A DNA stretch of 64,000 bases from Octopus bimaculoides. Taxonomy: Eukaryota. Under the pieces are notes generated by a model. It did no database searches, was not told where the DNA came from, and saw nothing but the letters and a program-made list of their open reading frames with translations. The stretch spans positions 101,442,346 through 101,506,345 of the forward strand of contig NC_068983.1 in NCBI RefSeq assembly GCF_001194135.2, read 5' to 3'. Below are positions 12,890-24,603 of this stretch, piece after piece. The stretch's first letter is position 1; the number at the start of each line of letters is the position of its first letter. Position numbers and translations under genes: made by a program.

Positions 12890-13085
12890 GATGTAAAGTT
12901 AAGGAGACACAAACATACACACACACATATATACAATGAGCTTCTTTCTGTTTACCAAATCCATTCACAAGAATTTGGTTAGCCCAGTGTTATTGTGGAA
13001 GACACTTACTCAAGGTGTCACATAGTGAGACTGAACCTAAAACTATGTGGCTGGAAAGCAAACTTCTTAACACACAACCATGCCT
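12890..13085 (-). mobile_element. CORE-like tRNA SINE (family C)
   Basis: Minus strand ...CACCTTGAGTAAGTGTCTTC...; related copies at 30365-30490 (+) and 49740-49890 (-). Confidence 0.7.
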
Positions 13086-13705
13086 GCATCTATTTGCATT
13101 TGAAAGTATTTAACTAACATCATTTAAATCAAATCCACTTTAGTTTAATAAAATTATATTACCATTTTGCTTCTGTCAACAGCTACCTCTAGAAATTTTA
13201 TTTTTTAGGATGAATGCTGTAATAGTGTTGTAAATTATTTCTTTTTCAATAATAACTCTCTACTAAGTGTAATATTGTCAAAGAGGAATTTTAATTGTGT
13301 ATACTAGAGATAGTTCTATATGCACCATTATATACCCAAAAAGACTTAAGTACAAGAATAACTGCATGGTAAAATTTTTTCTGTCTCTGTTCAGTTTTTG
13401 TGTTTGCTCATCTATGTCCCAACAGTTTCCATGGTGCTGATACCACCAAATTGAACAATATTGTCAAAAAGTGTCGAAATGGTTGATAATTGATTGGAAG
13501 CTGATGAGAAGTGAAGCATATTTACGTTTGTTTGTGTTATTTTTTATTTAGTTCTTCTATGTCATTTTTTGTCACCCCTCTATACCACAATTTTCATTGT
13601 GTGTGTGTGTGTGTGTCTTTCCATTGACTTAAGATTGTTTGCACTCTCTGTAGGTTGTGTCACCATGTAGATAATGTCATAGTTTACAACTGCTATGAAA
13701 ACATG

Positions 13706-14680
13706 TCTAGCCATCCACACACTCCATATGCAATATCACTATTGAAACAATGTCTTTACACGTGCTGCAAAGAGATGTCTTGCGATTCAAAAGACATAGA
13801 GGAATAGTATGAGGTGAACAGCTTGCAATTTGAAAGGCATGGGTAAAAAATATCTTAATTGGAATCAAATGAGGGTTGGCAACAGGAAGGTTGTTCACCC
13901 ATAAAAATTCCTGCCCCAGTAAGTCTTTATGACTTATGCTAGCATGGGAAAAAACGGGCATAAAACAACAATGAGAGAAACAGTCATAATTCATACAGGA
14001 AAGAAACCATACCACTGTGGTATGGTGAATTGTACTTTTAATGTTCTGAAATAATAAACAGAAATCTATTAAACAGGGCATACTCCAAGAAGGTATGTCA
14101 CTGTCATACCTATAGAAATGTTCTGTTGCAGTTATCTTTTCACCATGGGTATATTCATAGAAAAGTATATATAAAAAAAAAACAACAATGCTCCAGTACT
14201 ATGTTCTGTGTAAACCATCCAGGTGTCTACATCATAATATTCTAAACACACAGTTCTCTGTACTTCACTTCATTTCTACAATTATCTGTATGCAAGAGTC
14301 ATCAAATTGCAACTACACATATTATCTTCACAGCAGATAACAAAGTCATGACATCTTTATCTCTTTCAATAGTGCAAACACTCAAATGTTACACTACCCA
14401 GACAAAAATGTTGTACCACATTCATTCTGCTCATGAATAACTCAAGCTCTCATAATTGCTTCAAATTCTATGCTGGATATCTTTGATGATATATAATATT
14501 CCACTCCTGCAAGGTATACAACATTGCATCACAAATACTAAGATTCATCTGTGGAGTCAGGAAATACTTCCACACTGATCACTTGCTAATTCTACAAAAA
14601 AGCTCAAATAAGGGCACATCTATGCATTGGGGATGTAATTCTTGGAGACAATTTGTCAGACAAATATTCCAGAATGAAAC
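13706..14680 (+). repeat. Segmental duplication copy A (~970 bp; contains ZNF-linker remnant IHTGKKPYHCG)
   Basis: Collinear with 16295-17260 from TCTAGCCA to GACAAATATTCCAGAATGA. Confidence 0.93.
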
Positions 14681-15442
14681 AGTTGGTTGCAGCTGTTTGG
14701 ATGCTGATGATTTGGCATGGCTGATTGGACATTCAAACTATATTGGCACTGGAGGCAAATATGCATCAAATCAGTTATGCCTAAATGATTGAGCCAAAAT
14801 GTCTCATAAACCAAATACTCAATGACAAATAAACTTCAGCCATGAGCTCAAAAGCACACTCTTTTATCACTGCCGTAATAACCTCTATGTTTCTGTGAAT
14901 TAGCTTGCTACATACCAAGTCCCACCTATTTCATTCTCCTCTTCCTGTCTCTCTTGGGGTAAAAAACTAAGCGCTTTACTCAATCCTTCCTTTTTACCAC
15001 ACCTGTCCTGTAAAATTCTTTTTTCTGCCCATGTTTTTCCTACAGATCTTCAAAATCAATATCGACACTAATCTTCCCAGTTGAGAAGACTTGCAAAATT
15101 CATGGCCATCCCTCCTTCTCCTCCACCTCCTCTTTTCACTAACTCAAGCAAACAACAACCAATATATAACTTAACACTGAGATTTTTTATAAAAATAGTT
15201 TTTCAGTATATTCCTTATATATTCTGTGTAACAAATTTCCTGAAGGGAGAAGAGATGTTATTGATTATTTGACATTGTATGCAGATAACAGAAATTTATT
15301 CTCATAATTAGTGGTAACATCATTATACTGTTATTTCATAAAAAGTTTATTTAATGTGTTCAAGCTCAGCAACATTGTCACCATTGATAAAAATGTTGAC
15401 TCAAAAAAAAAATAATTATAAAATAATAAAATAAAATGATTA

Positions 15443-16295
15443 AAAAAATTATTAGCTAAATGTCAACTAAAATATTTTAATAACAGGGTCATGCCCAACT
15501 TGTGATACCAACCAAACATCTTCAATCTCTTGTTAATAATTAGAGGTATAAGTTTATAAGGAAATACAGCAAGTATACTAAATATTGACATATATATATA
15601 TAGTTGAAATTTATAGAAAAACAAAAAACGAAGACAAGTGTATGAACAACAAGCAGGTGAATTAGTTTGACACTTGGGAAAATGAAAAGTCTTTTACATT
15701 TGGAGCCTACGCTCTTCAACAGAAAGGAATAAGAGAAAATAAACAGAGAGAGAATTAAAAAAACCTGCAGATTTCGTGGTCAAGCATGGCAACAAATTAG
15801 AAAAAAAGTTTGAAAGAAGAGATTGGAAGAAAGGGAGATAATAAAGTGATGGTGATCCCACATGAAGGTGTGTATGTGAGAATTGTGTGTGAATGTGTGT
15901 GTGTGAATAGGGGCTAGTCACTTTGACGTGTGTGGATATGTGCATGTGTGTGTGCGTCTGTAACATGTGGCTATTCATATACATATATATATGTGTGTGT
16001 ATGTATATAATATATTTAGAGAATGTTAGTTATGACCAGTTCATAGGGTTACCCAGGGTTTCACATCCATAAAGCACTTAGCTTTACACACATCTTGTCA
16101 GACCCTAATGGCCAGTAGCTATAACTAACATTCTCTAAATACACACACACACACACATAGTATGCTTGCTGTATTTTCTAATAAACTTATACCTCCAATT
16201 ATTAACAAGAGATTTGAGATGTTTGGTTGGTATCACAAGTTGAGCATGGCTCTGATATTAACATATTTTAGTTAATATTTAGCTAATAATTTTTT
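15443..16295. repeat. Fold-back inverted duplication; left arm interrupted by a later insertion
   Basis: 16121-16295 is the reverse complement of 15443-15580 joined to 16013-16033; ~87-bp spacer 16034-16120. Confidence 0.88.
15600..15985 (-). mobile_element. Penelope-type non-autonomous repeat with a degenerate hammerhead-like motif, inserted in a (TA)n/(TG)n tract
   Basis: Minus 15691-15726 reads CTTT-CTGTTGA-A-GAGC-GTAG-GCTC-CAAA-TGTA-AAAG; second family copy at ~50880-51050. Confidence 0.6.
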
Positions 16296-17260
16296 CTAGC
16301 CACCTACACATTGTGTATGCAATATCACTATTGAGACAACATCTTGGTTTACACCTGCTGCAATGAGATGTCTTGCAATTCATAAGACAAAGAGGAATAG
16401 TATGAGGTGAACAGCTTGCAATTTGAAAGGCATGGGTAAAAAATATCTTAATTGGTATCAAACGAGGGTTGGCAGCAGGAAGGTTGTTCACCCATAAAAA
16501 TTCCTGCCTCAGTAAGTCTTTATGACTTATGTTATCATGCAAAAAATTGGCATAAAATAACGAGAGAAACAGTTATAATTCATACAGGAAAGAAACCACA
16601 CCACTGTGGTATGAAGAATTGTACTTTCAATGTTCTGAAATAATAAACAGAAATTTATTAAACAGGGTATACTCCAAGAAGGTATGTCACTCATACCTAT
16701 AGAAATGTTCTGTTGCAGTTATCTTTTTACCATGGGTATATTCATAGAAAAGTATATATAAAAAAACAACAACAATTCCCCAGTACTATGTTCTGCATAA
16801 ACCATCCAGGTGTCTACATCATTATATTCTAAACACACAGTTCTCTGTACTTCATTTCTACAATCATCTATATGCAAGAGTCATCAAATTGCAACTACAC
16901 ATATTATCTTCACAGCAGATAACAAAGTCATGACATCTTTATCTCTTTCAATAGTACAAACACTCAAATGCTACACTACCCAGACAAAAATGTACTACAT
17001 TCATTCTACTCATGAATAACTCAAGCTCTCATAATTGCTTCAAATTCTATGCTGGATATCTTTGATGATATATAATATTCCATTCCTGCAAGGTATACAA
17101 CATTGCATCACAAATACTAAGATTCATCTGTGGAGTCAGGAAATACTTCCACACTGATCACTTGCTAATTCTACAAAAAAGCTCAAATAAGGGCACACCT
17201 ATGCATTGGGGATGTAATTCTTGGAGACAATTTGTCAGACAAATATTCCAGAATGAGACA
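16295..17260 (+). repeat. Segmental duplication copy B
   Basis: About 90% identical to 13706-14680 by eye. Confidence 0.93.
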
Positions 17261-17299
17261 TAACTTTCTCTAAATGCTCTACTGCTCTATAACTTAGAG

Positions 17300-18400
17300 C
17301 ATGCTTCTCTTTTGGATTTATAATTTAATGAAGATGAAAAGCATAAACAAAACATGGTCCTTTTTCTGAAATTACAAAATCTGAAAGTTTGTTGAGCAAG
17401 AGAAGCACTGCAAACAGAAAAATTCCCTAAAGTATTTAGAAATTTTGTGGGCTATTCATTAGGCTGTCAGATGTTGAAAATTCTTGAAAATACCCTACAG
17501 ATATCACTATGGGTAACTGTGAAAAGAGAGGAAGAATAATTATCAACAGTATAGAAAATGAAGCTACTGGAAAAATTCAACAGTTAGTGTAAATGTGTAT
17601 TCAACTGAGGAGCTTGGTGTTGGAATAATCTAAGAAGCTAAAAAAAATTGAAGTTCTTTGCTGAAAGTGTTGACAGAAATTAATGAAAAATGTAAAAAAA
17701 CATTGCATACACCAAAACCTGAAGATCTTTATCATATGAGGACAAAGTGTATTTGTCTATGTTGAAGTGAACAAGTACTGTTTAACAGACTGATGATCAC
17801 CAGACAAGCAAAAGTTTGTCATAATGAATAAAATATTGAAAAACAGCTGTGAATGTTCTCAAAAATTTGATATGGTATCAGTTGATCATGAAGCAGACAA
17901 AAAAATTCATTGAAGAGTTTGCAAAGATAATCACTTTTAAATTATTAACAGCAGAACAAGTATATAATGCTGGTGAAACATTGTTCTGGAATTATTGCCT
18001 TAAGAAACATTTGTTATAGCTGATGAGAGCTCAACTTCTGGAGCTAGGGATACCAAGGACCAGTTAACTCTGCTGGTATATGCTTATGTAGCAGGAACTG
18101 AATTACGTAAATTTGCTGTGATAGGTAAAAGCTTCTCAGTTTTAAAGTTGTAAATACTTTATCTGTGCAGTATTACTCTATCAAAAGAACAAGGATCACA
18201 AGGCAATTTTTCTGATTGGTTTATCAAACATTTTGTACCAACACTTGTACCTGCTACAGAAAACAAGGACTAAATAACAAGAGAAAGATATTTTTTTTTA
18301 ATTCTTAGATTGCTATTCTGCTAATTTTCCTGTTGAACATCTATACTTCATCCAGATTTGAAATCATTATTTCAACCATGTAACCAAAAGCATCATTGGA
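17300..18400 (+). mobile_element. Pogo/Tigger (CENP-B/DDE_1) transposase remnant
   Basis: Frame-shifted EQVYNAGETLFW..., SGARDTKDQLTLLVYAYVAGTELRKFAVIGKS and FSDWFIKHFVP resemble Tigger YNADETGLFW...KDRLT...NA.G..K...VIGKS...F..WF...FVP. Confidence 0.78.
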
Positions 18401-19794
18401 TAAAAACAATTTCTTGAGTTTTTCTCCAACTACACGAGTTTATGTTTTGAAATAAGCTGGAGAGACAGAGTAAGAGTGAGAGGTAAATTAAATGTGTGTG
18501 GGTGAGAGAGGAGATGGGTAGAAAGTTAGGAGAGTGAGAATGAAAACTAGATTTTACAGGAAGGAGAGATAGAGAAGGAAGAGTAAGACCACTTATCAAA
18601 ATTGTTGACATCTCGTTCTCTATCTTTTTGAAATGTATACTAGCAAATAGAATAATAATTTAAACAGTGGAAAATCTTTGAACTTCATAATTCAAAATAG
18701 GATTTGTTGTGCAATTTTATGACTAATTTAACAATTTTGCCATATTTATCAGTACACAATGGAAGCAATATTTTCCCCCAATGAACTGTGTCAAAAGAAG
18801 GAATACTAATTTTCTATAAACTAATGCTATAAAAGATAGATTACTTGCAATCTATTTCTAGAAATGTTATGGAATGTGCTATGTGCGAGCATAGAGAAAA
18901 AAATTATCATGGACTTGGAAGAAAGTGTTGTGAACAAAAGACACTTGGAATAAAACTCTCAAAATAAGGAATCATTTACTCTTACATAAAAGGAAGTAAC
19001 ATATTGCCATATTTCTAGTTCAACTCAATATTTTTATAATCTGGGGTTTTATTCTAGGGGCATACTTACACATGCACATACACAGACTAAAATTAGTTGT
19101 ATATGTATGAGAGAGAGTGGAGGTTATGTGCTTTTGCATGCATGCCATTAGCATTCATGTGTGTTGGAGTGTGTGTATGCGTACATATTCATGTGCCAGT
19201 AGCGTTTATTTCACTTTCTCTCTCTCTCTGTCTCTCTTTTATTATTTTCCAGACAATTTAATGCATGTATCTTAGAACAAGTTATTGTCATGAAGACTGA
19301 ACATTTATCTATTCATTATCTATATATTGATAACTGTGTTCCTGACTCCTCCTTTGTAAAAATGTGTTAAACGGAATGTCCTGGATACAGAGTTTTTCCA
19401 ACAGACTGCATATCAATTACTGTCTTCCTAACTTTCTTCATAAAAGGTGTGTAATATATCCCAGATACAGGTGTTACCAGCTATTTAATATCAAGTGCTT
19501 TTTAAATTATTTTATTATCAAAATGGTGGACAATGATCATAGAGCACAGCAGTGAGAATTAAATCAAGAGAAACAGAGAAGATATAGGGAAGAACTGGGG
19601 GAAGGGTAAAGAGAAGGGACAAGAATTAGGAATACAGAGAGGAGAGTCGGGAATGATGAGAAATATTAACTCAGGAGGAAAGGAATGAAATTAATGCAAG
19701 AAAGGGAGCTAGAAGTTGTCATATCATGAACAATAAAGCTGAAGCTAATATGGAAAGAATGACAATTGTTAATTAGGAAAGACATCAAAACATG

Positions 19795-20190
19795 AACAAG
19801 AGTACTCAGGGAATGCAAATCTCCACCAAGGCAACACCAACGTCCTCTCAACGATTAGCCGAAGATGATTTTTAAAATGAGAATATCTGAAATAAACTCG
19901 ACTGCTCTCACAAATGGAAATACTAAAACTGAACTCGACCACTCTTAAAAATTAAGTAAAAAGACAGGAAAAATAATCCAAAACCTTTGTCCGGTACCGG
20001 ATTGATCCCCAAATCTAATCAGTTTGTGCTAGTCATGAGGCCAAACATCCCTGAAAGTTTCATTTGAATCCATCCAGTGGTTCCTGAGATACTTTGTCGA
20101 CAGAAAAACAAACAAACAAACACAACTGAAAAACAGTACCTCCGCCTTAGCTAAGGCGGAAGTATCCACCTTAGTGAAGGCGGAGGTAAT
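19795..20190. mobile_element. Helentron-associated non-autonomous (HINE/DINE-1-like) element
   Basis: One end AACAAGAG...CTCCACCAAGGC, internal (AAAC)n, other end stem-loops CCTCCGCCTTAGCTAAGGCGGAAG and TCCACCTTAGTGAAGGCGGAGGTAAT. Confidence 0.65.
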
Positions 20191-22413
20191 AATGATAGGT
20201 AAGAATATTTTGCATGAGCCAGAATGATAAAACAGGCTAGAAGAGAAAATATGACTGAAGAGAATAGGCAAGATTTCCTGGAAATAAATCAAAAGATTAA
20301 GAAATTGAAGACAGAATATTTTACAGAGTGGAAGGATATGGGTAGTGGAATTATCATGGGTATTGCTAGTAAATAATTCTTTTGTCTAGGTACAAGGCAT
20401 CAGTACTTTGAAACTTATTATTGTTATTTAGCCAGAGGTCAGCTGTGGTTAAGTAAACCTATGATCAAAAGCATTCCAGTCATGACTATCCTATCTATTC
20501 TACTTGTGAACTTCATTGTGAAATTCATGGTCTTTTTTAAGACCATGTGGTGTGATTTGAAAAAGATTTTGTTGCAATTTCAAGCATGTCAAGTGGCCAC
20601 ACAGACGTAAGGGCTCTCTCTTGGGATTGATATTTTTACAGTTGAGTGAATGGATGGTATGTTGTTTATGTCCTTCTTAAGAGCATAAGGAGTACAAACA
20701 AGGGGAATCTACTTCAATCAAAATAGAAATCTCCAACTAATTCAACACCATTTTTAGTGCTAACTCAACACTATTTTTAACATAATAATTTTTTACATCG
20801 ACACAATGATGATGTGCATTATAGAGGAAGACTAATTAGTAGAATATCTTTTTGAAGGAAAAAATTCACTGAGGTTAATTACTTAATTTACTATCTCCAA
20901 CTTTACAACAAATATGACTACAAAACTGAAAATCATTATTGATAATTGTTTACAGTTCTGAGGAAGTTGCAAGCAATAGATCAAATATTCAATCTTCCCA
21001 CCCTTTCCGTTTTTTACTTAAACATACTCTAAAAAATAGTAACTCCAGTTAGCACTCACCCTTAACGATCATTTAGCTTTTAAGAAAATTGAAGTAGAAG
21101 GACTATTTTCTAAACTTTTTAAAAAATTTCATTCAAGGAAACATTGATTTTATTAGTGGTGGCATAGTTTTGTAAATACTGCAGTAAGGAAACCACTCAA
21201 GTGTAGACAGAAATTCTACTTAAACTGATGTCTTTATAGAAATTAATCAAAATGTCGGCTGCTAAAAACAATCAAAACCGTTGACGAGATAAAGACTGCA
21301 TAAAGATTTCCGTTTGTTTTTTGGCTTTTCGTTCTTCGTCTTTTTTATTTTATTTTTCCTATTTTTAGTAATGTTATATTTTGTTTATTCTTATTCTTTT
21401 ATTCAGTCTTGTCTCTTATATTGTTATCCTATTCAGTCACATGAGCTGCTGAACGTTTTAGTGTTCTTTACAAATCATACAAACTAATCAATATCTATCT
21501 ATTATGTCAGGTGTCATAATTAATCGGCATTCTTTCGATATGGATATTTTATCTAGGCAAATACCCTCTCTGTAGGGTAGGTCAGTTTTTGCATTTTATT
21601 TTCATTCTTTTTTTTTTTATTCTTTTCTTGTCTATCTGACAAATTACTGCTTTAATCTTTCATACAGAACATTGTGATATATTCTAAAGAACACTTAGAT
21701 TGCATATATGATAGTGAAACAGTGATGTTCACCTGTTGTAGCTTTTATTTTGAAATCAATAACAGAAAAAAAAATTGAGCATATCATGAACATTAAAAAA
21801 AGCATTCATTAATAGTTTAAGAAGTCTTCTGAAAAGTGGTTAGAATATGAGTTTTTAGAAATGCATTTCTTGTTGAAAATTATGAGTTTCTATACAAAAA
21901 AAAATATCAAACTGAAGTTGCAGATAAAACTTCTCAGTAATGCTGATTGACATTTTCTCTGATCAGCTTACATGCCTAACATTATCATTTTCCTGAAGAA
22001 AGTCTTTCTAAGCTACTGGAAAGAAAGAATATTGATGCAATCACAGGACTCATTCAAAGAAAGAGGAAAACACATGAAAAGAAAAGATTTGCATGTTATC
22101 TTTAAAAGATTTTATTTATTAATAGAAAACTTTAAAGAAGATTTCATGCTTTCTTTCAGAATCCACTAAAATGTCTTTAGTCTACCGTGACGCTTCAGTG
22201 TATGTAAATCCTCTTGGAGAAATTAATGCCACTTCAGTAGAAACGATTAGTTGAGAAAATAAGTCTAGAGAATGCAAACTATTTGAGATTCTAGTATTTT
22301 GCTAAATCTTTATTTCTTTTGGTTCCTTACAACATGCCTAACTTAGCATGTGGAAAGTTAATTTTATAAGTAATCAATCAGAGAAAGCAGAATTACTTTG
22401 AACTAAGAAAATA

Positions 22414-23890
22414 TTAGGTTGACAACTAAGTTTCTGCCGTTTTTTTTAAATTAAAAATTTTTAAAAGGTTTAATAAAAANNNNNNNNNNNNNNNNNNNNN
22501 NNNNNNNNNNNNNNNNNNNNNNNNNNNNNNNNNNNNNNNNNNNNNNNNNNNNNNNNNNNNNNNNNNNNNNNNNNNNNNNNNNNNNNNNNNNNNNNNNNNN
22601 NNNNNNNNNNNNNNNNNNNNNNNNNNNNNNNNNNNNNNNNNNNNNNNNNNNNNNNNNNNNNNNNNNNNNNNNNNNNNNNNNNNNNNNNNNNNNNNNNNNN
22701 NNNNNNNNNNNNNNNNNNNNNNNNNNNNNNNNNNNNNNNNNNNNNNNNNNNNNNNNNNNNNNNNNNNNNNNNNNNNNNNNNNNNNNNNNNNNNNNNNNNN
22801 NNNNNNNNNNNNNNNNNNNNNNNNNNNNNNNNNNNNNNNNNNNNNNNNNNNNNNNNNNNNNNNNNNNNNNNNNNNNNNNNNNNNNNNNNNNNNNNNCGGC
22901 GGGTGTGGCAGCACTTCCCAGCCATGCGTTTGAATGACTTGCTTGGTCATATTGGCGATATGAGGGCAGGCGTTGTTGTACAGCAGAAGAACTCCATGCT
23001 GTCAATTAGGTCTTTTCTCTTGAATAGCCGTGTTGAGTCGTTCCATCTGCTGAACATACAGTTCCGCGGTGACTGTTTGGTTCTGTTCAAGCAACTTGTA
23101 ATGGATAATCCCTTCCTAGTCCCACCATATGCACAACATCGTTTTACGCGGATGAATATTTTGTTTCACGCGCAATGTTGCTTGTTTACCAGGGCTAAGC
23201 CATTCCTTATGCTGCTTCATATTGATGTACAGGCACCATTTTTCGTCGCCAGTAACGATTTGGTAAAGAAATCATTGCTTGTGTCCATGAGTTGAACGGT
23301 GATGAGCAAGCAAGCCAGCGGAGATTGTGGCTCGTTGATTTTTGTTGTTGTCACTTAAAGCATGTGGAACCCATGCTCCATACTTCTGAATCTTTCCTAT
23401 CGAGTGAAGATGCTTCTCCATAGCAGTGTGGGAGCATTCCATTTTCTCTGCCAGTTCCCTTGTCGTTTGACGAGAATTTTTGTGCAAAAGTTGGTTTAAT
23501 AGCTCTTCATTGAACTCAACTGGATGGCCAGAATGAGGTGCATCTTTGAGGTCAAAATTTCCATTTTTGAACTTGGCATACCAATCACGAGCGGTTCTTT
23601 CAGCTATGGCACCCTCTCCAGACACAACACAAATGTTGCCAGCAGCTTTTCCGGCCTTACAAACAAAAAGGAGGAGGTGTCGAAAATGCTCGTTTTTCTT
23701 AACTTGACATTCCATTTTAATGATCTGAAAATAAAGAAAAAATTAATTAAAATTAACAAGAAAAAAGAAACAAAATAGATTCCAAAATGATTCAAAAATA
23801 GAATTCTCGAAAAAAATAGATTCCAAAATTTAAAAACGCAGTAAATTCCAAAATTTAAAAAATATGGCAGGAACTTAGTTGCCAACTCAA
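22414..23890 (-). mobile_element. Full-length mariner element (D,D34D transposase, disrupted); the 3' part lies in an N gap
   Basis: TIRs TTAGGTTGACAACTAAGTTTCTGCC / TTGAGTTGGCAACTAAGTTCCTGCC with TA on both sides. Transposase starts MECQVKKNEHFRHLL at 23715 and includes WYAKFKNGNFDLKD, WVPHAL, IVTGDEKW, LHNNARPH and GWEVLPHPP; stops and frameshifts present. Confidence 0.95.
22480..22896. other. Assembly gap (417 N)
   Basis: N run inside the mariner element. Confidence 1.
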
Positions 23891-23999
23891 TAACTAAATA
23901 TAAAGATAACTGTACAGATTGATTCTTGGACCAAAATCAGTCAAAACTTTGAGGTTTTGTCATCACAGAGTGGAGTTATTTTCAGTTACTCAGTATTTG

Positions 24000-24603
24000 A
24001 AAAGAAGTCAGCTTCAATTAAGTTCTTTTTCACTGGATTCATCTTAAAAGGGTGACTGATAGTCATATATGTTTCATGCATTTTAAATTTTCTTCCTGTA
24101 CTCTTAATAACTGTTGTCTGTAACTGACTAAAACAATTAATAGCCTAAAAGTTTTACCATTTACACTGCTAAAAGATGTAACTGGTTCACGTTATTATTT
24201 GCAACAAAGCAGCAAGAATTTTTATTGAAACATTCACCTAAAATGAAACCTTTCATTTTAATTAATTATTTTCCCATCAATATTCTAGATAGAATTATAT
24301 AAAGAAGTCAGTTTCAATTAAGTTCTTTTTCACTGAATTTACCTTAAAAGGGTGACTAGTAGCCACATATTTCATATACTTTTAATTGTCTTTTTGTACT
24401 CTTAATAACTTGTTTGTAACTGACTAAAACAATTAGTTGCCCAAATACCTTTTTACCATTTACACTGCTAATGGATGTAACTGGTTTGTGTTATTACATT
24501 CAATAAAGCAGGCAAGACTTTTATTGAAACGTTCACCTAAAATGAAACCTTTCATTTTAAGTAATTATTTTTCCATCAGTATTCTAGATAAAATAGTATA
24601 AAG
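24000..24603 (+). repeat. ~300-bp tandem duplication (two units)
   Basis: Units start AAAGAAGTCAG(C/T)TTCAATTAAG at ~24000 and 24301; about 85% identical by eye. Confidence 0.92.

Noticed and set aside
22426-23005. Long ORFs containing X runs (also 3256-3486 and 44892-45249)
   Set aside because: Artefacts of translating through N gaps.
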